From an uncultured Bifidobacteriaceae bacterium (GTDB taxonomy: Bacteria; Verrucomicrobiota; Verrucomicrobiia; Limisphaerales; UBA11358), in assembly GCA_964449815.1 (NCBI GenBank), contig CAYVGC010000007.1, positions 3,948 through 67,947 of the forward strand: a DNA stretch of 64,000 nucleotides, read 5' to 3'. Positions within the stretch are counted from its first letter, which is position 1. The number at the start of each line of letters is the position of its first letter. Shown piece by piece: positions 37,672 through 48,808 of this stretch. Below the pieces are notes generated by a model that did not search any database, was not told the origin of the DNA, and was given only the letters and a program-made list of their open reading frames with translations. The translations under genes were made by a program, and so were the position numbers.

Positions 37672-39600
37672 TTGAAGCGACATTATATCCGCGTGCATCG
37701 CAAAATCCATCTGTTCGCGGCGGCTTGCTTTTTGTCGGCGGCGTTGAATCTCGCAGCGCAGGGAACCGCCATCTTCTATCAGGGCCGGCTGAATGATTCC
37801 GGCGTGCCGGCCAACGCCAGCTACGATTTGCGCTTCGCCGTTTACGACGCCCCGACCAACGGCAACTGCGTCAGCCTCTTGCTGACCAATTATGCCGTGC
37901 CCGTGGCCGGCGGCCTGTTCACCGTCACGCTGGATTTCGGCCCCGGCTTTTTCAACGGCACGGACAACGGCTCGAATTATTGGATGGACATCGGCGTGCG
38001 CGCGATTGGCGTCACCAACTTCACCGCGCTGCTGCCGCGCCAGCCGGTTCTGCCCGTGCCTTACGCCCTCTTTGCCACCAGCGCCAGCAACCTGCTCGGC
38101 GCGCTGCAAAGCACGCAGCTCGCCGGCACGATTTCGTCCTCGCTGATTTCGGGGACATATTCCAACGGGGTTGATTTCTCCAACGGCACGAACACCTTTG
38201 CCGGCGCTTTTTCCGGCAATGGCGCCAGTCTGACCACCTTGAACGGCTCGCAGATCACCAGCGGCACGGTGGCCGACGCGCGGCTGACCACGAACGTCGC
38301 CCTGCTCAACCGCAGCCAGACATTCACCGGCACGAACACCTTTGCCGGCACCAATTTTTTCAACGGCGTCAACACCTTCACCAACTGGGGAAACTCGTTC
38401 ATCGGCAGTTTTTTTGGCAACGGCCTCGTCGGCTGGCTGGCAGTGAACGGCCCGGCCACCAATGCGATGCGAGATGCCGGCTATCTGCTGCTCAATCCCG
38501 GGCTGACCACCGTGACGCTGCCGGCGACGACCGCGCTTGCGCCGGGCGACATCGTGCGCATTTCCGGCGCGGGCGCGGGCGGCTGGCTGGTCCAGGGAAA
38601 TTCCGGCCAGTCCATCCTCGGCAACTTCGCCAGCTACCGCAATTCCCTGCTGTTGCCGGGCGCGACCGGCAATGACTGGCGGCGCACCTGCTGTTCGGCG
38701 GACGGCACCCGGATGTATGCGGGCGGCACCGTGGCCAACGGCGTTTATTACTCCACCGATTTCGGCCAGACTTGGAGTCCCACGACCATCTCTGGCAGCG
38801 GTTGGTTTTCCGTCGCCTGTTCGGCAAATGGCAACATCATTTATGCCGCGCCCAACGGCGGCAGCATTCAGGAGTCGGTCAACGGCGGTTTGACATGGAC
38901 AAGCGGCACCAGCGCGAACTGGACGGCGGTCGCCTGTTCGGCGGATGGCAGCAAATACATCGCCGGAGCAACGAGCGGCGGGCTGGTCAGCTCGACCGTC
39001 AGCACCCCGGCGAGCGGCCATTGGACTGCCGTGGCCTGTTCCGGTGACGGGAATAATTTCGCCGCCGCCCTCGGCAGCACCATTTACACCTGGACCAACG
39101 GCGGCTCCGGATGGGTGTTCAGCGGCGTGCCCGGCAGTTGTTCCGCGCTGGTGGCCGCCAGCAGCGGGTTGAAACTCGCCGCCGCCTACAATGGCGGCGT
39201 CGCCACCTCCACCAACTTCGGCGCGAGCTGGACGACCACCACCGGGGGCGCATTCAGTTGTCTCGCCGGCTCCAGCGATTGCAACCGGCTCGTGGCCGGC
39301 GTCAGCAACGGCCTGCTTTACGCCTCCGCCAATTTCGGCGCGACGTGGACCGCCCTCACCACCACCAATCAATATTGGTCGGGCGCGTGCATGACGGCCG
39401 ACGGCAGCAAGTTCGCCGCGACTGCCAGCACGGTTGGCGGCAGCACCGGCGGCATTTACTATTCCGGTGCCAGCGCGCAGCCCAACACCATCACCACCAA
39501 TGCCATCAGTGGCAGCCAGGGTTCGGCGGTGGAACTCCAATACATCGGCAACGGCCAGTTCATGCCCGTCAGCTCCGCCGGCCTGCTGTGGGCGAATTGA
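37672..39600 (+). CDS. Large secreted protein: QGTAIFYQGRL-type N-domain, fiber-like repeats and repeat-rich beta-propeller-like C-domain
   Basis: Signal peptide, repeated W..V(A)CS.DG and S..FG..W motifs. Confidence 0.75.
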   Translation: MKRHYIRVHRKIHLFAAACFLSAALNLAAQGTAIFYQGRLNDSGVPANASYDLRFAVYDAPTNGNCVSLLLTNYAVPVAGGLFTVTLDFGPGFFNGTDNGSNYWMDIGVRAIGVTNFTALLPRQPVLPVPYALFATSASNLLGALQSTQLAGTISSSLISGTYSNGVDFSNGTNTFAGAFSGNGASLTTLNGSQITSGTVADARLTTNVALLNRSQTFTGTNTFAGTNFFNGVNTFTNWGNSFIGSFFGNGLVGWLAVNGPATNAMRDAGYLLLNPGLTTVTLPATTALAPGDIVRISGAGAGGWLVQGNSGQSILGNFASYRNSLLLPGATGNDWRRTCCSADGTRMYAGGTVANGVYYSTDFGQTWSPTTISGSGWFSVACSANGNIIYAAPNGGSIQESVNGGLTWTSGTSANWTAVACSADGSKYIAGATSGGLVSSTVSTPASGHWTAVACSGDGNNFAAALGSTIYTWTNGGSGWVFSGVPGSCSALVAASSGLKLAAAYNGGVATSTNFGASWTTTTGGAFSCLAGSSDCNRLVAGVSNGLLYASANFGATWTALTTTNQYWSGACMTADGSKFAATASTVGGSTGGIYYSGASAQPNTITTNAISGSQGSAVELQYIGNGQFMPVSSAGLLWAN

Positions 39601-39730
39601 ATCGCGGCGTTCCAGCCTGCCTGGCGGGCTGGCGCAAAAGGGTCGGCAACTGTGGCTGATTTTGCCGCCGTGCCGGAAAAGTTGTTTCCTTTTCATCCCG
39701 GCTCATCTGTGCAAATCTGTGTCTGAAAAT

Positions 39731-40702
39731 ATGGCTGCTGAAAATCCCATCATCATCTGCACGCGCGGCAGTGCGCTGGCGCTGGCGCAGGCGAACCTGG
39801 TCGCAGCGCAATGCCGCGCGGCGTTTCCCGACCTGCAATTCGAATTGAAGATCATCAAGACCACCGGCGACAGGTTGCAGAAGGCCTCGATGGCCAAGAC
39901 CGACCCGGGCCTGCCGAAAGGTTTGTTCACCAAGGAACTCGAAATTGCGCTGCTCAATGGCCGCGCCGACCTCGCGGTCCACAGCCTGAAAGACCTGCCG
40001 ACCGAGCTGCCCGCCGGCCTGATTCTCGCCGCCACGCCCAGACGCGAGGACGCGCGGGACGTTTTGATTTATCGCCGCGCGGGCAACGCCACCAGGCGCG
40101 GCTGCAAGGCCAACGCGACGTTGAAGGATTTTCCCAAAGGCGCAACGATCGCCACCAGCAGCACGCGGCGGAAGATGTCGCTGCTGGCAGCGCGGCCGGA
40201 TTTGAACATTGTCGAAATTCGCGGCAACGTGGCCACGCGGATGCAGAAGGTCGCCGGCAAAACGGAAATTGACGCCACGGTGCTCGCGCTCGCCGGCATC
40301 ACGCGGCTTAAGTTTACGATCAAGGCCGACGGCACCCTCACCGGCGAAGATGTGCCGGAGGGCTTGCTCGCCTCGGTGCTGGATTTTGAGGCGATGCTGC
40401 CATGCGTGGGCCAGGGTGCCATCGGCATCGAGACGCGCGCGGACGACGGGCGCATGGCGAAGATTTGCGCCAGGCTGAACCATGCCGAGACGTTTCATTG
40501 TGTGACGGCGGAACGCGCATTTCTGCGCGGCATGGGCGGCGGCTGCCAGAGCCCGGTGGGCGCGTTCGCGGAAATGACGGGGAACGAGATTTTGCTCCAG
40601 GCCATTTCCTTCCGCGATGCCTTGGTGAAGCGCGGCCAGGCCACGCGCCCGACTGCCGAAGCCGCGCTGCTCGGCGAACAGATCGCGGAAGAATTGAAAT
40701 AA
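39731..40702 (+). CDS. hemC: Hydroxymethylbilane synthase
   Basis: TRGSALALAQ, KGLFTKELE, AVHSLKD, TSSTRR and GGCQSPVG. Confidence 0.96.
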   Translation: MAAENPIIICTRGSALALAQANLVAAQCRAAFPDLQFELKIIKTTGDRLQKASMAKTDPGLPKGLFTKELEIALLNGRADLAVHSLKDLPTELPAGLILAATPRREDARDVLIYRRAGNATRRGCKANATLKDFPKGATIATSSTRRKMSLLAARPDLNIVEIRGNVATRMQKVAGKTEIDATVLALAGITRLKFTIKADGTLTGEDVPEGLLASVLDFEAMLPCVGQGAIGIETRADDGRMAKICARLNHAETFHCVTAERAFLRGMGGGCQSPVGAFAEMTGNEILLQAISFRDALVKRGQATRPTAEAALLGEQIAEELK

Positions 40703-40721
40703 TCGCGCCGGCTTATATGAA

Positions 40722-40763
40722 AAAAACACGGCCGGATGAAAATTCATCCGGCCGTTTGCTTTT
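40722..40763. terminator. Bidirectional terminator between hemC and ilvB
   Basis: acggccggatgaa / ttcatccggccgt stem flanked by A and T tracts. Confidence 0.8.
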
Positions 40764-40777
40764 GGCGGAAAAAACTT

Positions 40778-42667
40778 TTATGGCTTCCAGATCATGTCCG
40801 CCACGGTCTTGTTGGCGGGAATGAACGGAATGACATGCGTGCTGTAAGGCGTCACCACGTCGAGCACGTAAGGCTCGTCGGCGTCGAGCATCCGCTGGAT
40901 GGCGGCGCGCAGATCTTTTTTGAACATCACGCGCTCGCATTTCACGTTGAAAGAATTACAGACGCGGACATAGTCGGGATAAATCTCCGGCCGGTGGTCC
41001 GGGTCGCCGAGATAGGTGTGACCGCGGTTGCCGGCGTAGAATTTATCCTCCCATTGCACGACCATGCCGAGGTGCTGATTGTTCAGGATGATGGCCTTGG
41101 CGGCAATCTTCTCGACGTGCGCGGTGGCGAGTTCCTGAATGTTCATCAGGAACGAACCGTCGCCGTCAATGTCAATCACCTGCTTGTCCGGCAGCGCGAC
41201 CTTGATGCCGAGCGCGGCAGGATAGCCGAAGCCCATCGAGCCGAGGCCGCCGCTGGTGATGAACTGGCGCGGGTATTTGTATTTATACCATTGCCCGGCC
41301 CACATCTGGTGCTGGCCGACGCCGGTGGTGATGTAAGCCTCGCCTTTCGTGAGCTCGTAAAGCGCCTCGACGACCATCTGCTGAAGAATCACTTCGTTCT
41401 CGTGGCCCTGCATGTGATCCACCATGTGATCGCTGTTGGCGATTTCGGGCGTGACGCGGTAGGCGAACGGTCCTTTCTTTTTCCATTCGTCAATCTGCGC
41501 GAGCCAGGCGGCATGCTGCTTGGCGATGGGCCGTTGCGCGACCAGCTTGTTCAGGCGCGTCAACGCGTCCTTGATGTCACCGACCACGGGCAAATTCGCC
41601 CGGCGGTTTTTGTTCAGCTCGGACGCGTCAATGTCCAGATGGACGATCGTGCCATGTTTGCAAAACTCCTCAAACTTGCCCGTGACGCGGTCGTCGAAGC
41701 GCACGCCGAAAGCGAGCAGCAAATCCGCGCCGTCCTTTATCTTCACCATCGGGCCGTTCGGATCTTTGCGGTATTCATATTCGCCGTTCACCGCCCAGTT
41801 CGCGAAGGCCGCGCCATGCATGCCGAGCCAGCGGAGCGAAAGCGGATGCGTTTCGGGAAAACCGCCGATGCCCATCAGCGTCGTCGCCACGGGAATGTTG
41901 GTCGCCTCGGCGAATTTTTTCAATTCCGCCGCCGCGCCGCTTGAGATGATGCCGCCGCCGCAATAAATCACCGGCCGTTCCGCCTTCTCAATCAGGCCGA
42001 TGATTTCATTCAACGCCACTTCGTCCGCCTTCAAATCCGGCTGCGTGTAGCCGCGCAGACCTTTTTTGACCTCGTCGAGCGCCGGCCAGACCGGCTGTGT
42101 TTTCTGCTGCTGGAGGTTTTTTGGAAAATCAACCACCACCGGGCCGGGGCGGCCGGATTGCGCGATGTAAAACGCCTCCTTCACCACGCGCGGAATGTCG
42201 TTGATGTCCGTGATGAGATAGCTGTGCTTCACGATGGGCAGCGTCACGCCGATGATGTCGGTCTCCTGAAACGCGCCGCGTCCGATCATCGCCTGATGCA
42301 CCTGCCCCGTGATGGCGACGAGCGGACACGAATCCATATAGGCATCCGCGATGGCGGTGACAAGATTCGTCGCGCCGGGGCCGCTGGTGCCCATGCACAC
42401 GCCGGCCTTGCCCGTCGCGCGGGCGTAGCCTTCGGCGGCGAAACTGCCGCCCTGCTCGTGGCGTGGAAGAATGGTGCGGATTTTTGACCTGGTCAGCGAC
42501 TGATGGATTTCCATGCTCGCGCCGCCGGGATAGGCGAAGATGACCTCGCAGCCTTCACGTTCGAGGGCTTCGACGAAGATGTCGCGCCCGAACATGGCCG
42601 GGCCGACCTCGGCGCGCGGGGTGGCGGATTTGGTTTTCGCTTTTGCGGATTCGGTTGTTTTGCTCAT
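40778..42667 (-). CDS. ilvB: Acetolactate synthase large subunit
   Basis: FAYPGGA, RHEQG, TSGPGATN, GVGQHQMW and ThDP motif GDGSF..N. Confidence 0.97.
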   Translation of the reverse strand: MSKTTESAKAKTKSATPRAEVGPAMFGRDIFVEALEREGCEVIFAYPGGASMEIHQSLTRSKIRTILPRHEQGGSFAAEGYARATGKAGVCMGTSGPGATNLVTAIADAYMDSCPLVAITGQVHQAMIGRGAFQETDIIGVTLPIVKHSYLITDINDIPRVVKEAFYIAQSGRPGPVVVDFPKNLQQQKTQPVWPALDEVKKGLRGYTQPDLKADEVALNEIIGLIEKAERPVIYCGGGIISSGAAAELKKFAEATNIPVATTLMGIGGFPETHPLSLRWLGMHGAAFANWAVNGEYEYRKDPNGPMVKIKDGADLLLAFGVRFDDRVTGKFEEFCKHGTIVHLDIDASELNKNRRANLPVVGDIKDALTRLNKLVAQRPIAKQHAAWLAQIDEWKKKGPFAYRVTPEIANSDHMVDHMQGHENEVILQQMVVEALYELTKGEAYITTGVGQHQMWAGQWYKYKYPRQFITSGGLGSMGFGYPAALGIKVALPDKQVIDIDGDGSFLMNIQELATAHVEKIAAKAIILNNQHLGMVVQWEDKFYAGNRGHTYLGDPDHRPEIYPDYVRVCNSFNVKCERVMFKKDLRAAIQRMLDADEPYVLDVVTPYSTHVIPFIPANKTVADMIWKP

Positions 42668-42702
42668 GATGTTTCTTTTATTGGCGGCGCGGCCAAGGGT
42701 GA

Positions 42703-42739
42703 CAAAAAACCCACAGCCGTTGCCAGCCGTGGGTTTTTG
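42703..42739 (-). terminator. Attenuator terminator of the ilvB leader
   Basis: Minus strand aaaaacccacggc-tggcaacg-gctgtgggtttttt. Confidence 0.85.
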
Positions 42740-42753
42740 TTAAATTATGACGT

Positions 42754-42825
42754 TCAACAAGCGCCAACGGCGTCGCCCACCAGGACGACTACCAGCATGA
42801 CAACTTGCGATACGTTTTTCAACAT
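42754..42825 (-). CDS. ilv leader peptide (branched-chain amino acid attenuation)
   Basis: MLKNVSQVVMLVVVLVGDAVGAC* (8 Val, 3 Leu) directly upstream of the terminator and ilvB. Confidence 0.85.
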   Translation of the reverse strand: MLKNVSQVVMLVVVLVGDAVGAC

Positions 42826-43184
42826 TGCGGAAATAATTTATCCCAATCCTCTGCCCGGTCAAGCTTGAATGTCCCAGGCAAGGTCAACCCCGTTCGGTGC
42901 GCACAGCCGCTTGCCGGCCGCCGGCAGCGATGGACAGCCAGCGTTGAAGCCTGGCTGGAAAAAGAGATTTGCCACAATGAGTCCGGCAACCACGCCGAGC
43001 AGACAACAAGTTGCCACGCGGCCCGGTTGATAAAAGTGCATGCAGCCGCCCGCGTGGCGCAGCTTTGCGCGGCAAAGGTTAACAAGCTGGTGGCGGATTT
43101 CCGGCCGAGTGAGAAAACGGCCCGACGATTTTTTGTCAACAACACGAACCCCTTTATGAAAATGATTATTTTCGAGGCGACGGT

Positions 43185-43562
43185 TTACAGCCTGAATTTC
43201 ATGCGCAATTCCATCAGCAGCGTGTTTTCCCAGGTGCTCACATGACTGTCACTGGTCATGATTTGTTCGACCGCCGCGTAAACCTGCTTCTGCTGGGCGC
43301 GGGTGGTGAATGTCTCGGCCAGCAATAACACCTGCTCCTTGGCCTTATGGATGGATTGCACCGCCGGTCGCATCCGGGTCACTGCCGCATCAAATTCATG
43401 CTGACGGTCGGGTTCTTCGGTGTGGCCCATTGCCGCCAGCAATTTCTGCAACTGCTCGTCCTCGAACGTCGTTAAATGGCCGTCCGCATACATGGCCAGA
43501 ATCAGCAGATCGAAAAGCGCCGATTGTTGTGCGGCCGAAAAACCCGCAAGCTCTATATCCAT
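43185..43562 (-). CDS. TerB-like small protein
   Basis: LLILAMYADGHL...E and a second SDSHV...E..LL motif; start placed at MDIEL. Confidence 0.65.
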   Translation of the reverse strand: MDIELAGFSAAQQSALFDLLILAMYADGHLTTFEDEQLQKLLAAMGHTEEPDRQHEFDAAVTRMRPAVQSIHKAKEQVLLLAETFTTRAQQKQVYAAVEQIMTSDSHVSTWENTLLMELRMKFRL

Positions 43563-43790
43563 GCCGGGAGGATACCGGATAATGCAGTGAATTGATACAA
43601 CTTGCTTTCCGATTTTCAAAAAGTTGACGACGCCATATTTCCGGCGCACCCTCGCCGGCATGGCGAGGAAAGCAGGCGCAAAACCTACCGTCGAGATGCC
43701 GAGTTGGAAAACAGAATTCAGCATCGGAAGCCAGAGATCAGGTTTCCTCTGCGTCTCTGCGGTTAAAATCGTCTTCCCCTCAACCCCTGC

Positions 43791-43885
43791 GTTTATTGCG
43801 GCGATAAACTGGAACAGTTTGCCAAGCTGCCCGACATCTGCGTGGATTTGATTTACATTGCTCCCCCCTTCAACTCCAGAAAATC
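43791..43885 (+). pseudogene. N-terminal fragment of a DNA amino-methyltransferase
   Basis: VYCGDKLEQFAKLPDICVDLIYIAPPFNS resembles the beta-class motif CGD.L...LPD..VDLIYIDPPFNS, with the catalytic D replaced by A. Confidence 0.7.
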
Positions 43886-43899
43886 GTCCTTGCCAAGGT

Positions 43900-45327
43900 T
43901 TAGCAAATCCGCGCGACTTCCACGCCCAGCAGCTTGCCGAGCTTGTCCAGCTTGTCCGCGATGTGACCGACGCCGACGGCGCAATGATGCGCCGGGCCGT
44001 GCGCGTTCCAGTCGTTCGCAAATTTCCGTGCGCCGAGGCTGAAACGGTAACGGCTGTTCGTGTTGCCGATTTCAAGAATCGGGCCGGGCACGGATTCGCC
44101 CTCGGCCACGAGGAGTTTTAATTTCCCATCGGCGGTCTCGACGACGGACAGCAACGTCACCGGACCATGCTTCACGGACATTTCCACTGAAAGTCCCCTG
44201 CCCGCTTTGCCGTGAAAAACTTTCAGCGGACGCACTTTCGTTTTGCCTTCGGCGATTTTGATGTGACCCGGCCCGTCGTGGCCCATCAGCACCACGTCGT
44301 CCGTAAAATCCATTGCATAGTATTCCGTAAACGAGCCGCCGGCGCCGAACGTGTCCATGATTTTCATGGCCTGCACATTCTTGACTTCGTATTCGCCGGC
44401 AACCGGAATTCCGCGCGCGGTCAAAAGCGAATTCCCCAAAATAATCGAACTGATGGCGTCCTCATTTTCCACGTTGCCCGTGCCGCTGTAAAAATACGCG
44501 AGCGAACCGAGGTCATGTATTTTCACCAACCGGTCGAGCGCGACGGACGTCCTGGCGGCACGTTCAAGCTCGGCTTGCGAGCAGCCGGCCTGCACGGCGA
44601 AAACTTTTTTGAACATGGCGGCGCGTTTCTTGATCTGCGCGGCGGAAACGTCGCGGCGCAACGCGGCCAGCTCATCCACCTCCACCATTTCCATGTGCCC
44701 GCCGAACGTGGCGCATTGCAGCGTCGTGTCGGAATAAATGTCCAGCATCCCGCCGTAATAATGCCCCATCAAGCCGAGGCGGTTGTGGAACATCGTGTGC
44801 GCGACGCGGGCCGCCTCGATCCAGGCATCCACCTCTTGCCAGCAAATGGGATCGTCGTGCAGCATCCCGGTGACTTGATGGAAATCAATCTTCGCGCGGC
44901 TGAAAACATTGGCGATTTCCGGCACCGGGCACGCGGCGCAATGCGCCAGCCAGTCGCCGGTCATCGCCGTGCGGTCGCCCAGCGCGTTGAACTTCGCATA
45001 ATCAATCGCCGCCGCCGGCGCGAGGTTCAAAATGACGACGGGAACTTTCGCGCGCTGCACCACCGGCAGAACCGTTGAGGACAGCGCATAAGTTGTGACA
45101 TGGAGAAAAATCACATCCACGTCCGCCGCCCGAAAGGCGTGGCCGGCTTCGAGCGCTTTTCCCGAATTGTCAATCAGGCCGAGGTTCACGACCTCGACGC
45201 CGGGGCGCTCAAGTTTTTTTTGGACGGTGCGGACGCAGTCTTCGAGGCGGGGCTTGAGCCCCTTGAACTGCGGCCAGTAAGTGTCGAGGCCGATGCCGAA
45301 AAGGCCGACGCGGAGATTGCGTTTCAT
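43900..45327 (-). CDS. L-fucose/L-arabinose isomerase family protein
   Basis: AGEYEVKN, SFTEYY, MGHDGPGH and GPAHHCA. Confidence 0.85.
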   Translation of the reverse strand: MKRNLRVGLFGIGLDTYWPQFKGLKPRLEDCVRTVQKKLERPGVEVVNLGLIDNSGKALEAGHAFRAADVDVIFLHVTTYALSSTVLPVVQRAKVPVVILNLAPAAAIDYAKFNALGDRTAMTGDWLAHCAACPVPEIANVFSRAKIDFHQVTGMLHDDPICWQEVDAWIEAARVAHTMFHNRLGLMGHYYGGMLDIYSDTTLQCATFGGHMEMVEVDELAALRRDVSAAQIKKRAAMFKKVFAVQAGCSQAELERAARTSVALDRLVKIHDLGSLAYFYSGTGNVENEDAISSIILGNSLLTARGIPVAGEYEVKNVQAMKIMDTFGAGGSFTEYYAMDFTDDVVLMGHDGPGHIKIAEGKTKVRPLKVFHGKAGRGLSVEMSVKHGPVTLLSVVETADGKLKLLVAEGESVPGPILEIGNTNSRYRFSLGARKFANDWNAHGPAHHCAVGVGHIADKLDKLGKLLGVEVARIC

Positions 45328-45343
45328 TGGGAGGAAATATTTG

Positions 45344-45427
45344 ACCACGAAACACACTGAACACCCGAAATAAAAACGGACGGCTGGGTTCAGTATTCCT
45401 TTTCGTGTGGTTTGTGTATTTCGTGGT
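45344..45427. repeat. Inverted pair of ~10-nt periodic repeats
   Basis: accacgaaacacactgaacacccgaaa (45344-45370) and tttcgtgtggtttgtgtatttcgtggt (45401-45427). Confidence 0.75.
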
Positions 45428-45443
45428 TGATAAATTTTTTACC

Positions 45444-45833
45444 TCAGCCGGAGATTAAAATGGTGTTCGCGTATTGCACCGTGTCGCCGGTGCGGATGAG
45501 GCCGATGGCGTGCGGGACGCGCTTCTTGAATTCCACGTGCGGCTCGAATTTCACCTGGATCCGCTTCAGCGCCTTGGCAAACTTTTCCTGCACATGCTTG
45601 AAATTAGCCTTCTGAAATTCCTTCGCCATGTAAGCCTGCGTGAAATTATGGTTCTTGCGCAGGGCGATGATGAGCTGCAGCACCGTCGGCAAATCATCCA
45701 CCACCGAGACGTCCACCGTTTCAATCATCGGCCAGAACGGAAAGCCGCGGTCGGCGATGACGATGGCGTTGGTGTGGCGCACGCGGGCGAGCAGCGAGAG
45801 AAGTTGCGGGTTGAGAATGCCGGTGTTGATCAT
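45444..45833 (-). CDS. RbsD/FucU family pyranase/mutarotase
   Basis: GILNPQL, HTN.IVIADRGFP and IRTGD..QYAN.IL.SG. Confidence 0.88.
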   Translation of the reverse strand: MINTGILNPQLLSLLARVRHTNAIVIADRGFPFWPMIETVDVSVVDDLPTVLQLIIALRKNHNFTQAYMAKEFQKANFKHVQEKFAKALKRIQVKFEPHVEFKKRVPHAIGLIRTGDTVQYANTILISG

Positions 45834-45845
45834 AGTTTGAAAAAT

Positions 45846-47270
<1,425 letters not shown>

Positions 47271-47373
47271 GCAGCGAGATTGCTCAAAAAACGGCGGCGT
47301 GCCAAGCCTGCTCGAACAGTCGCGGCCCGGCAAATCGCCGACGCCGCGCCGGCTGGTCCTGAACCGTGAGAGT

Positions 47374-48636
47374 TTATTGAACGTAGATGACCGAGAGCAG
47401 GTTCACGCGCAGCCGGACTTCCGGCGGCAGCTTGAATTCCCTGGGATGCGCAGCGGAAAGGTTGGTGAGCATCTGGCCGGCGATGATGTGAAAACTTTGC
47501 GCCCAGGCGAGCGGCGTGTTGTGGCCGGTCAGGCCGCCCAGATACATTTCCGGCACACAGCCGTTCGGCATCATGTTTTTTTCCAGTTGCCCGAAATAGT
47601 GGACAGCTTTGTCGAAAAAGGCGCAACGCTGGGACCAGTCGAGGTGAACCGCCTTGTGGGCGTGGTCAAAATCGCGCCCATGCTCGGCGAGTTTGGCGTA
47701 ACAAATCGCCAGCCACGCGAGGCCCAGCGGCCATTCGGCGGTTTTGTTTTCGCCAGGCACCAGCCCTTTGCCGCAATAAAGATCGCCAGGATACCGCCGC
47801 ACGCCGCGTTCGCCGACGAGGTGCGTCTCGATGTTGTGCAGCAGAGTCTTTTTCGTGTGGAAATCCACGATGTTGTAGGGCCAGATGAGGCTGAGTTGCG
47901 ACATGTCATACGGTCGGCTCTCGGACTCGCGCGGCAGCACGCGCGCCAGCGCCTTCGTGCCGTCGGCGATCATGCGCTCGCTGATGGGAACATAATGGCT
48001 GATTTCGATTTTATGCTTGTATTTGTAATCGTAAAAGCCCTGATCAAACCACATCATCAAACCGCCCAGCACCGCGCCGAAGCTGCTGGAATGTTCCTCC
48101 GGCCCTTCCTCCCACATGCCGTAATCCGGCTCAAACCCCATGTTGAAAATATAATTGCGGATGTGGCTTAAGAGATAAAAATCCTCCTGTTTGAACCGGA
48201 AGCCGTAACCCTTTTTGATCAGGTCGCCCATTTTATACATGAACAGGCCATGGACGTCGAGTTGATGATGGCCCCACGCATCGGTGATGGTGTCGAGCGT
48301 GGTGGGATGCACGCGCGCGGGCATAAACTGGCCGGTCTGATGCCGCACATCCGGCTTGATGATGGACGCCTGGATGATGCGTGCGTGATAGCGCTTGAAA
48401 ATGTCCAGGATGAGCCGGAAGCTTTCCACCATCTTGTCGAAGCAGCCAAGATATTCGTTGGCGTAGGTGGCGAACATGATGTCGCGAATCCAGAAAACAT
48501 TGTAGGCGTCGCCCGAACCGTCCTCGGCGGTATAAGGACTGGCAATGTAACCGCCATTGGGCCGGCGCATCCGCTCCAGATGCTGATGGGAAACATTGAT
48601 GCGCTCCTCCAGCGGGAGTTCGTGAAATGTCTTCAT
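47374..48636 (-). CDS. GH15-like (glucoamylase/phosphorylase-kinase-related) alpha/alpha-barrel protein
   Basis: WIRD, GHHQLD, DYGMWEEG, RRYPGDLY, WPLG and PLAWAQS. Confidence 0.75.
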   Translation of the reverse strand: MKTFHELPLEERINVSHQHLERMRRPNGGYIASPYTAEDGSGDAYNVFWIRDIMFATYANEYLGCFDKMVESFRLILDIFKRYHARIIQASIIKPDVRHQTGQFMPARVHPTTLDTITDAWGHHQLDVHGLFMYKMGDLIKKGYGFRFKQEDFYLLSHIRNYIFNMGFEPDYGMWEEGPEEHSSSFGAVLGGLMMWFDQGFYDYKYKHKIEISHYVPISERMIADGTKALARVLPRESESRPYDMSQLSLIWPYNIVDFHTKKTLLHNIETHLVGERGVRRYPGDLYCGKGLVPGENKTAEWPLGLAWLAICYAKLAEHGRDFDHAHKAVHLDWSQRCAFFDKAVHYFGQLEKNMMPNGCVPEMYLGGLTGHNTPLAWAQSFHIIAGQMLTNLSAAHPREFKLPPEVRLRVNLLSVIYVQ

Positions 48637-48808
48637 GGTATGATCAAGCAGCCGTCGTTAATGACGTTTATTTTTGGCCGCCTCCTTTTATGCGCGAATC
48701 CAAATACGGCGGCAAGTTGCCAGCAAATGTTTTGCGAATCAAGCCTGCTTGTGAAACGACAGCGTCAGATTGCGGAGCCGGGGCGCGCAGGAGAACGCGC
48801 CCACCCTT

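Noticed and set aside
43563-44075. N-terminal extension of the 296-aa ORF 43185..44075
   Set aside because: It overlaps the isomerase 3' end and is antisense to the MTase scar. Only the last 125 aa look like a coherent TerB-like domain.
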